Source: Podarcis tiliguerta
Lineage: Eukaryota
NCBI GenBank assembly: GCA_965153285.1
Contig: OZ229110.1
DNA: 64,000 bases
Strand: one strand, 5' to 3'
Shown: piece by piece, positions 53,291-64,000 of the stretch
How the letters are laid out: each line of letters opens with the position of its first letter
Position numbering within the stretch: position 1 is the first letter of the stretch
The notes under the pieces: model-generated
What the model saw: only the letters and a program-made list of their open reading frames with translations
Told to the model about the DNA's origin: nothing
The model's database searches: none
Made by a program: the position numbers and the translations under genes

Positions 53291-55409
53291 GAACTGAGTC
53301 TGTGTCTGGTGTCAAAGCCCCTTAATCCGATGCATGTTGTGTTTGTGTACTGTGTATTTAAACAAAAGTCTTCTAAAATCAGTGTTCATCCTGACTTTCA
53401 AAGGAAACAAAAATTAAGATGAAATATTTATAAGGTCCACTTTGTATATGAGTGGCCAGGCATTTCCTAAGAACATGCAGCAAGCAGATCAGGGAGGCTA
53501 GAGGGCAGGGATGGAGCATCTGGAAAGTCCAAGATGTGTGAAACAGAACAGTGTCTTGGAGGTGAGTGTTTTTAATAAGATTTTAGTTTACATTTTATTT
53601 AATATAAAAGCATGATCTGTTTTAGGCTCTTTCACAGTTATCAAACCTGAAACCTGAAATTAATTTCACCTTGGCACTATTACATCTGAGGTACTACTCA
53701 GCTGTGAGTGTCTGTAGAGTTTTTAAAAAGCACATTATTTGAAACAGCAATACTCCTGTAAGTTTCTATCAATGTTGGGCTTCACACATCTGTTTTCAAG
53801 TTGCTCACTGCCCATGTTCCTTGTTGGTTTCTACTTCCCTCCTTTTAAAGCAAAAACAGAAAAACTCAGCATCTTGTACCACTGTATATTTAATGTGGGC
53901 TACATTCTTATATGCAGTAAATGTGTACAAATCCACTGAAACCAATGTAATTTAACATTTATGTAAATTTACCTATATTTTCAGATTGGTAACATGCTAT
54001 TAACTGCTGTTCAGATCCTGATTCTTGGACAACTTGATCATTTATCTGTGTGTGAATTTCTGGAGTTATGGCAGGTTTACATCATATCATATATGAAGGA
54101 TCTGGAGATGATGCTCACAGTCTGAGTTAAGAAGGAAAACCAGAAGAGTTTGGACCCTGGAGCATTCCTATAATTAAAACATTTGTTTGTGCAATAGTCT
54201 CTCAGGGTACAAAGGAGAGCCACTGTTAAAGCTGATCAGAATTTACCCATTGGGGTTAGATGTTTAGTCCATTTACCTACCTTATTTACAGTGTTCCTCT
54301 CAGTGTAACTGTACTGAGGAAGAGCAAAAATGTTTACACACTTAGACTTCTTACTTGAGAATGTAATCTAAATCTGGAAGATAAATGAAGCTTTCACCAC
54401 CTACTAAAAGGACACTGCAGAGCCTTCATACGTAGTAGGTTAGAAAGAAGCAGCAATTCCTTTGTTTTCTTAAGAATCTGAAAAATAATACTTGATAGTA
54501 AAACCTACAGCACTATTTCTCACATGTCAACATCCCTAAACCTATATTGTATGTCAAGAGCACGTCTGTCCAATTTGCAGATGTTGCTACCAAAATCTGA
54601 ACCAGGTAATCATACATGTTTATTGGGGGTTTGGGTGGAAGCCCGCACCTCTGTAGCTTCCTCCAATACAAATATACATAGTTCCTTACTCAGACATATT
54701 CTTGTGTTTAGGGACATTATAATTTGGAAAACAACATACTGAAAACTCATGTTTAAGGATTGTCTTCCATTCCCTCTGAATAAGATCAGTGGCTTTTAGT
54801 TTTCCCAAACTTTATATGGGTATCATTTTATGACTATTAGAAGAATGACTTGTTTTGCTAGATTTAGAAATCAGTGGTGGATCACATAGGGGTGTTTTAA
54901 AAGGGATACAACTAGCTCTCCAAAAAGGTTCCTGTTGTAGGGGATACTGGATGTGTGGGTAAATTTGGAAATTACTGATCTGCTTGCTATAGTCATATGC
55001 CTGTAGCCAGCATAAATTATTTTTAATTTAACTTTGTTTTATTTAACTTCGTTTGCTGCCAAAATAGTATCTTTGGATGGAAAAGGGAATATTTTCTCTC
55101 TGAGCTAACACATTTCTAATGCTGCATTGAAGCTGCACTGAATTTCTCTGGTTCTGTCAGAATGTGTTGGAATTTTTTTACTCTTAAATGTGTATATTGT
55201 TTCCCATAAGTAATGTAGCACAGTGTGAAACCTTAGCCTCATTCAGGTTTCGAACACTACAGAGGAATGCAGTAGGGAGAGCATACCTGCTATTTCTTGA
55301 GAAACTATATGATTTATAAGACCTATTATGTTGTATTATATTGTATGATAGGTGCTATACCAATAATTGCATGTTCTCATGGTAAATTATATATTATAAA
55401 TATTTATAA

Positions 55410-55440
<31 letters not shown>

Positions 55441-56061
55441 CATATGCTTCTATATCCTTAACTCTCTCATTTGCATTTGTAACATTATGGACCACAGACA
55501 ATGCAGTACTCCTTCAGTTGCGTGCCTGAATTAAATACCCTTGGCCTTGCTGCTCCTATTTCCTGGCATGCACAAAGCTGAATATTCTTCATGCCTCAGT
55601 TCAAGACTGAAGGGTTGGTGGTTGCTCAGCAACTCAGTGTTCAATATCAGCTTTGTTGCTTCACTTTTACATTTCAGAATGAAATGGAATGAATCAGGGG
55701 AGCTATGTATCTGATGGCCAAGTGAGATGTGTATTCATGATTTTGACTTTTCATCTTTCCCCCACATCTTTCCATCGGCAGGCTTTCGTGTTGAAATTGT
55801 TCCTTGTGACACTGGGCAGTGAGTGATGATAATAGATCAATATGATACAAGCAAAGAAAATTAATTTTCTCTTTGCCCTTGCCTTGTCAGCTCTTTTCTC
55901 TTGCCCTCTCCCATGTCTATGAAAAGCTGCTGGGACTCTCAACCCTTCCCTGAGGCTGCAATCCAAGTGTCTGTGTTCTGGTCTTCACATGCTACCAAAT
56001 TTTATAGAGTTAATTTCAGCTAACAAATTATCCTCATAGAGTGTAGTTGAAACATCTACAT

Positions 56062-56192
56062 GAGTCTTCCCTGACCTGGTGTCCATCAGATGTCTGGACT
56101 ATGGCTCCCTTCATCCATGATGGCGAGTTATACTGGCTGGGACTGTGGGAAATTGTCCCAAACCTCTGGAGGACACCAGTTTGGGAAAACTG
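56062..56192. mobile_element. Short hAT-like MITE inside the 3'UTR
   Basis: Inverted ends agtcttccctgac / gtttgggaaaact flanked by a TCTACAT duplication. Confidence 0.6.
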
Positions 56193-59100
56193 GTCTACAT
56201 GACATGCCCCCTTTTGAGATGGTACATAAGTGCTTCCAGGGAATAATTTATCATGAAGGTAAATAATTCTTGTTGATACAGAGGTACATCACTTTGTGAT
56301 AACCTGCCTTGAAACAACAAAGTTATGAATTCTTCATGCTCATTCTTACATTTTTGGGAGGCATTTAATGTCATATAACCATGTGGTTTCTAAAGCTTAA
56401 AAAGGCATTCCTTTATTTATGACTTGTTTAAACTGCTTGCAATATTTAGTTTTTCTATTTTATGCTAAATCCACGGTCATGATGCTTCTAGAAGAGCCTT
56501 GGAGGAAAACCTTTATAAACGTGCCCAGAGCATCAGTATTAGAAAAACAGTTCCCCTTGCATGTAGGGAGAGGCATATCCCAAAGATGTATTTTCATGCT
56601 TTGCTGTCAGGGACAAAATAATTCCTATCCTATGCATTGACTTAAAAAGAATGTTGTCAAAATGCTGTTATACATTCCTCTTACTTATGGCATATGTATG
56701 CTAATGTTCAAACTATTTTGTGTTGAAATGCATTTGTATTTCTTTCCATGTTGTACAAATGCAGTCGAGATATAGGTCAGATTAGAAGGTAATTGTGGAA
56801 AGCACAGGAGGTTGCCTATGTGTGTTTTTTAATGCAGTGACTGAAAAAACTATTTTCTGGAGTTGTCACTTTGCCAAACATCTGATCCAATAGTGATTAG
56901 AAACCCTTTAGTTTACTAATGAAGCTTTAAATTAGCATGTTGGCTTACCATTAACCAACTCATTTTCTCTGTCTTAATCCATGGTTTAGTTTCTCCATGT
57001 CATGTCTTACCCAGAGATCTGCATAACCTTTACCACTTCTGGAAGTGAACCAAATAGATATTGTGAATGAATTTTGATTACAACAACTCTAGCCCCACAG
57101 TAATGAAGTGATTGCTGTCATGGGATTAATTTGAATTGCTTAATCTCGTTTGTGTTGGATAATAAATTTCAAATTTGAATATGTAAATCAAGGGCAGCAA
57201 AGAATTAATAAGCATGGCTGGGATTGAATCAGAACAAATAAAACTAATTTCCTCATTGGCTTGAGCCAGAGTAAGGAATAGTTGCACAATTTTCTGAATA
57301 GGCTGCAGACATTTACCCACAAACAGCATCATTTTGCCAATGAAACTCCATTGGTTGTATCCAGCAGTGTCAATCAGCTGGTGATAAGGAGGGTTTCCCA
57401 ATTCTTTGGAGCAGGTTTAGGAAGGGCAAAGGGACTGCAGCAGCAGATTGGGGGAATCACTACAAATTGCTTCCTTTCCTGTTCTGATGACAAAAGCCTC
57501 ACTGTCAACTGAGCCGCACTGCTCAATTTAAGTTGAAAATACCACCCCAAAGCTGTGACAGATATAATAGATACAGTACCTACTCTACAGGTTCTCTAAA
57601 CTGTTGCCACTTTGTGCCGAATACACTTTATTTTACTGCTTCCGGGCATCTTTTGCACAGTTTTTAGTAGTGTTATCATTTTTAGGCTGCTATATTATGG
57701 TATGTAGATCACACTTCTAAATGGTATTGATGGGAAACATCTCAGAATTAGAGATTTATTGCTGGCAAACTCCATTTTTACCTTGTTCAACAAACTCTTC
57801 TATAGTAGTTGGAGGGACACTTGTCACATCCCTGGCACATGTTGTGGCTACAATATAGCCTTGCTATACGGAAAGGGAATGCAGTTTGAAACTTATGCGT
57901 AGCACCTTTGTAGGGTAACAATAAGCCTAGCATTCCTGCGATACTCCTGTACTGCCTGTGGCAAGGGTCATTTAGAGGTTTTAACACCTGCCTTTGAGAT
58001 TATCTGTCCCTAATGCTATTCTTTAATAGTAACAAGAAAATAGAGTTGTCTTTTTGATTCAGGTTTCCTTTTATTTTAATTCTACAGTACAACACGTGTA
58101 TTTGTGGGAAATGTTTTGGATATTGTCTCTTGCTTTTGATAACGTTCTATCTGCTACACCTTGCTGAACATCATCTCCATCAAGTCTAATTAAATACCAA
58201 TATTCAAAACCCTGCTCTAATTTTACCTATGGCTGCTTATTTTTATAGTTTACAAATTTAATGTTCTCTAATGCCACCAAATGCAATTCCTCCCTGAAGT
58301 AAACATAAGTAATACACTGATTTGTCTACAGTAGTAAATCTATGAAATGCTTTTGTATCACCTCCCGATTCCAGAAAACGGACAATAATTCTAATAACAT
58401 AAGGAAGACAATGAATATATGCCAATAATGTACTTAAATTCCTTGAGTATGAAAGCGTAACTGTGCCTGCATTTTAAAATCTATTCCTTCAATTTATCTA
58501 AAATATTATTTGCACATTTTCTTTTATTTCCTCAAAACAAACCAATAAAAAATGGTAAAAATGTAATAGGCCAACTGGTTTATTGGCATAGCCGAGAGAA
58601 AACATAACCTTGCTGCTCTTATAGGCTCAATGCTGCAAAATGCAGGACAGTGTTATTTTCCCAGTTAATGCTAATAGGAAATTAAGATAGTGTGTATCTT
58701 GTTGCATTGAGCCCCCAAATTATATGCTGTGATTCCCAAATCACTATGCTGCTATACTGTCTCCTGTAGTCTCGGTCTTCCTGCATTTTGAGTTAAGGAC
58801 AGCCCAACCTGCCAGGATAGCGGGCACAGATCTCCTTTGCCCAGCCTTGCACAGAGGAAGGATCCTCTGACAGCTTCCTTTTGTCCTAAGATTAGGTTTG
58901 TTATTGTAGTGACTCCTCATAAGTAACATTTATTTAAGAGGGGGAAGTGGTCAGAGAACCCACTACAATGCTTGCTCCTCTCTGTATTAGTATAAAACAT
59001 ACGTGGTTGCATAGAGGAAATTTCTGCAGAGCACTGACTCCTCCTATGCACCTGAAGATTCTGGGAGCTGTGACAACACATGGGGGCTCACTGAATGAAT

Positions 59101-61338
59101 GAAGACCCCCATCCCACAGTATGTTGTCCCTGCTGCCTTTGAGGATTGGGCTGTAATGGCTGTAATAGCTGACTTACCCAACTGATCCCCTTAACTGTTT
59201 GAGGATTGCCCAGAGCATTCTGACATTTTAGGGTAGTGCCTAACCCCTTCCTTTGTCTCAAAACAAAAAGCAGGGGAATAAGAAAGGCAACTTTTTTGCT
59301 TTTGTTCTTGTGTAGTCTGCTTTTCCACCAACTAAATCTGTTGTTAGTAAAACAGGTTAGTGGAATGAGTGGGCACAGGCCTTAAACCAGATATGTAGTA
59401 TGCTTATTGTTGTGCATGTCTTTTAGTGATAAATTGATTGATACCTGTACTTATGAACAAGAATTTGTATATAACATAGCTTTCTCCAAATTTTGGCCTT
59501 CCATTTCAGAGGAACTTTTTTTCTCCTCACAACCCTACAAGAATAGTTTTCTGAAAACAAACAAATTGAGTAAGATGGAATATTAACAATTCTAGTCATA
59601 GGATCTTAGGCGAGTGTGTTGCCTATATCATCTACATTTATGTAATTATTATCACAGCAGGCTGTGTGCGTATATATGTATATATATATATATATATAGA
59701 AGCGTATTGTATGTTGGTCTTGTTTTTTAACTTGGTGATAGCTCCATAATTTTATTACTTTTAAATGGCTTTGGTCTCTAGTAACAGTGTCTATTAACAG
59801 TTAATAATGGCCAAAAACCCCTAGTGCTAGAAAATCTTTAAATTGAACTTCTGCAGCTTTAGACTAGCAACTTGCTTTTATGAGCTCAACTCAGCTTGCT
59901 TGTAGGTAACTTAAAGGAATACAACTTATTTCCTTCTGCAATAAGTGGTCACAAGGACATCACACAGAGAGGGACTTCTGAGCAGTGGTGCACTCCATTA
60001 TATCTAAAATTTTCATATAGTTCTATAGGCTTAGGAATTTGGGTTAAAGTTCAGAGTTCATCTGTCATTCGTATTAGAGAGAGCAGTGCAACATCTAAGT
60101 AGCCTTTACCTTGAGTGTTCATTCAATGAAAGAGATTTTCTGACATCTGAGTATATGTAGATTTAGAAATTTAATTCCTTGGGTCTTTCACAAGATCTTT
60201 GCTTTGGTAAGCGTTGACTTTTGCTGTTCTGCATTTGGATCTTGCTATCTCAGTTTTCTGCCGGACATACTATGTTGTACTTTTGTCCATTTTTATGCAG
60301 GCATAATTCCCCATGGCATTAACCAAATTATTGCCTTTAAAGGAACTAAAAGAATGAGCCGCAGAGGATAATTGTGTTTGTCATGATTTCCCCCCTTAGA
60401 TATACAAAATATACATTTTGTGCAAAAGTGTATAGATTGTGGATTGCACCAGGAAATGTTTCAGCTGCTCTGGCTCTATATATATAGCAGAGTCAAATTA
60501 ATACACGGTTCTATCCAATGTTAGTCAGACCTGGAGGAGACTCAAAGAAATTAATGGTCATGAGTAACAGGTCTGTAGGTCTGTTAATTTCACTGCGTCT
60601 GAGTATGAATAATGTTAGATACAACTCACTGTCCTGATACATAAAAGGCTGCCTTTTGAAAAGGCTTTTTACACAGGTCTTCAGATCCTTCATAAGAGCA
60701 GTATTATGCATCTAGGTGGTCCTCCAACCTCTCTTGCATACTGTTCCTTGGTGGCCAGAAAGTAAGTTTCTGTAACTCTCTCCCTAAACATCTGCTTTCT
60801 TACTGAACTATTCATGCCTGATCATGTTTTATATTTGGGTTTTCCCCCCTAACTACTTTACAACAGAATCCAAAAATGAAGGAAATGAAGGCTTTGAAAC
60901 CAGGAGTGACCTCTGAAGCACTGAACTTCTAACTAATCTGAAATTGCTTAACAATATTTTAAAAATGAATTATTTCAAAATTAGAAAAAAATGCACTTGC
61001 TATTTACTAGAAAACATTTAGCATCTCAAGAATAACAGTTATGATGATGAATTTAGGTAGAAAGTTGTTCTGGAGAGGTAACTTAGTATCGTCAAGTATT
61101 CCAGTCTTTCCCCACTTCTTGTTTCCAAAATTCAAATTGGATGTCTTTTTATTTATAATTTTTGCTCAGTTGTTTAAGAACATAAGGTACTGACATAGTG
61201 TCTTTGTAATGGTCATTTGTACATAAAGGTGTAGTTATTTATTTCCCTTCCCCCATTTGTATCATATCAAGGCTTTGTAAATGTTTTAAGTTCTGTTTTT
61301 CAAATTATTTTGTATTTTATTTTTATAAACTGGTTCTA

Positions 61339-61344
61339 AATAAA
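61339..61344 (+). terminator. Probable distal polyadenylation signal; proximal candidates at 57161, 57237 and 58544
   Basis: AATAAA preceded by TGTA and U-rich upstream elements. Confidence 0.5.
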
Positions 61345-61751
61345 AAAAAATCATTCAGCATGCAAACAATTATTTTGCCTAGATTTGTTCAATTTATTCT
61401 ATATGGAACTTGACCAAAAATAGTTCTGGAAATACCTTCCTTTGAAAAGCAATGTTTCCTATGAAATGGAAGTGTGGTGCTGATCTGTGAATTATCAGTT
61501 TTGCAATGTTGATGACATATTAAACATATTTCCCCCCTACAGTAGTGAAATGAAAATGGACGTTTTTCTCATTGCTTGATTTCTCACCATTGCATTCCAT
61601 GAATCAGTGCCAGGTGCAAATTGCAATTGGGAAATATACACCAAGTTCCTTTCAATGGGAGAAAATATGATAGTGATTAAACATGAGTGAATGCTGAGTT
61701 TTGTCCAGAAAACAATAAATACAAAACAGGCAGGGTAATATTATAGGGATA

Positions 61752-62000
61752 AGGGACACGGGGGGCGCTGTGGGTTAAACCACAGAGCCTAGGACTTGCC
61801 TATCAGAAGGTCGGCTGTTTGAATCCCTGTGACGGCGTTTCCATGCGCTGCTCTGATTCGCCAGAAGCAGCTTAGTCATGCTGGCCACGTGACCCAGAAG
61901 CTGTACGCCAGCTCCCTCGGCCAATAAAGCGAGATGAGCGCCGCAACCCCAGAGTCGGTCACGACTGGATCTAATGGTCAGTGGTCCCTTTACCTTTACC
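61752..62000 (+). mobile_element. Sauria SINE with internal deletion
   Basis: 16-bp TSD TAATATTATAGGGATA at 61736-61751 and 62001-62016; ACCTTT tail. Confidence 0.9.
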
Positions 62001-62139
62001 TAATATTATAGGGATAGCTTATTTTCATAAAGGAGTGTGCAAAGATTAATATCTATAGTGAAGTCTCTATCAAACAAAGTGAATTGTAAATCGTTAAGTA
62101 TTCAGAAAGAAGCATAATCACAAACCCCTACAATTAGGA

Positions 62140-62285
62140 ATTCATAGAACTGTAGAGTTGGAAGGGACCACAAGAATTGTCTAGTCCAACCCCCTGTAAT
62201 GCAATAATTTTTTGCCCAGGATGCCCAATCTTTTGCCACAACCCTGAGATTAAGAGTTTTATAGTCTACTGACTGAGCTGTGCCT
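62140..62285 (-). mobile_element. tRNA(Lys)-head SINE with CR1-like tail
   Basis: Reverse complement reads gctcagtcagtaga..actcttaatctcagggttgtgg..caggggg ttggactaga..ccttccaactctacagttctatg. Confidence 0.7.
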
Positions 62286-63565
62286 GACACATTGGCTTGT
62301 TGAGAATTACAGACTGCTTTAACAACCCATAGGTAATTAACTGTTACATCTCTGGTACAACTTGTAAACTTCCTTTTGGTCAGCTATATTTAAAGTGCTA
62401 AGTGGGTTAGATTAAACTGTTGGGAATGACCCAGTACTGTTTCATATACTGACACACAAACTCTTGGTTGGAGAGAACCCACATTAAAAGTAAATTAGGA
62501 TTTCTTTGATACACTTCTCTCCATCGTGTGAAGAGTGAGTGCGAAAGGCATTTTGGTAGACATGACAAATTGTTGGTTGAATAAGCTCTATGATGTTTGG
62601 GTCTTTTTAACAAAATCAATCCCACATTTTTTGAAAACTATCAAGCAGTATATAAATTTTATTAATAAAATAAATACAGTAACATTGGTTGTCTCTTCAG
62701 CTTTCTGCTTATTCCCTGTCCCTCACATCGATTGTTCAAGCAGGCAGATGTGTTTTCTAGAATCAGCTTAGACTGTGGAGTAACCAAAGAAAATGTTCAC
62801 AGCTGCCTTTGTTCGACATTAGGAACCTCTGTTAACTGGGATGAACAGTAAGGGGTGTTGGCAACCCAGCAAAAAGGGACTTCATGAAATCTGAAACTGC
62901 TGGGAGAGGAGCTGGAAGCTGGGAACTTATGGCTCGGAACCTCAAGCCCACGAATCCCAACCCCTTCTCCAAATTAAGGGAAATCTTTCTACTTCAATGA
63001 CTGGATTAAGAAAAGGTAATTTCTGGATGCTGTCATAGTAAATTTGGTACCAGGTTTCATCCTGGTTCAACTTTTTTTGGTGACTTTTGCGCTTCAAACA
63101 ACTAAGCCCAGTTCCTTTACAGGACATTAGTGCGACATTACAGGACATTAGATTTGCTGCTACTGTTCAGTTTCTACCCCACCTTTACATGACTTGATGC
63201 AGTTCTCAACAAAACACTTCTTGCAATAATACAATTCAACAGGACAGTAAAAGTAGTAAATTTATATTGGGATTAGCTGCAACTAATCTGTGTAGATTGG
63301 CTGCATAGAATCTGTGTGGATCTATGTGGGTTGGCTCTATAGAATACCGGGCTGTGAAAACAGAAGCTCAATTTACGGGTCTGAAAAGGATCCAGCGGTC
63401 ATCTGGTTTATTATCTTGCTCAAAGACAACATGGGAAATTTCAGACCCCATAGATGTTGTGCATTAAACTCTTATATTCAATTCTATCACCCAGACCCCA
63501 GTAGTACTACTCTTAGATGGTAGGAGAAGAATGTATCTTAAAGTAAATTGCAGGGGGAAAGTGAT

Positions 63566-63656
63566 CCAAACTGCGGAAGGCAGTGGAAGACAGGAGTGCC
63601 TAGCGCGCTCTGGTCCATGGGGTCACAAAGAGTTGGACACGACTAAACAACAACAA
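63566..63656 (+). mobile_element. Very short BovB-type 3' fragment
   Basis: ccaaactgcggaaggcagtggaagacaggagtgcc..ggggtcacaaagagttggacacgactaaacaacaac. Confidence 0.8.
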
Positions 63657-64000
63657 TAGAAATTAAGAGGTGAGTGTACTTCCAACTTGAAAGATTTGTA
63701 CTGTGCCAAAAGTGTGCAAATTCTGCAAAGCATGGAACACCCTCCAGCTACGTTATTTATGTGGTTCAATACCTTTGGGAGGCAGAAGAGAATATTGCAG
63801 CGGAAGTTGCAGTAGACCCTTTATCCATGACACAACCATGTATTTAGAATACTGTCTTTGTCTATACCAGGACTGACCAAAGACATTTTGACATCTGCTA
63901 GGGAAGAAGTGACTGAGTGCAGCGGGATCTGCTGTCCCTGTGAATCTGGTCACCTCATCTTGCCTTATGGGTTGGCTGGCCCTGGTCTGTACTACCAGTA

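Larger units (their letters stand above)
53291..61360 (+). other. TTBK2: Probable long (~8 kb) TTBK2 3'UTR
   Basis: AU-rich and almost free of TEs compared with the introns; ends in U-rich sequence with TGTACATA (61218) and AATAAA (61339); TE copies resume after 61.7 kb. Confidence 0.55.

Noticed and set aside
63753-64000. Minus-strand frame open from the window edge for ~82 codons
   Set aside because: No recognisable homology and no splice context visible; cannot be assigned to CDAN1, STARD9 or another gene.

Overview
Vertebrate genomic DNA, not prokaryotic. The repeat content (Sauria SINE, BovB-type RTE, CR1, L2, DIRS1, hAT and pogo MITEs) points to a squamate, probably a lacertid lizard. 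The main feature is a complete + strand TTBK2 (tau-tubulin kinase 2) gene: CpG-island promoter at about 14.6-16.2 kb, GC-rich exon 1, 14 coding exons from 24393 to 53290 (3708 nt, 1235 aa, all GT-AG and phase-consistent) and a probable ~8 kb 3'UTR. Four observations go beyond this model. (1) A chain of exon-like segments at 0.1-6.9 kb whose translations are colinear with the central region of UBR1/UBR2 N-recognin E3 ligases but very divergent and disabled by stops and frameshifts. (2) An in-frame 237-nt cassette-exon candidate (44916-45152) encoding RRQLPVIP, an RxLPxxP SH3 ligand resembling RIM-BP ligands. (3) A strong-Kozak exon-1 ATG in frame with the kinase ORF and separated from it by a single TGA-C. 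(4) An internally deleted DIRS1 retrotransposon with inverted termini and a LAP2alpha-type gag in intron 7. Homology calls come from manual translation and recalled protein sequences, not database searches.
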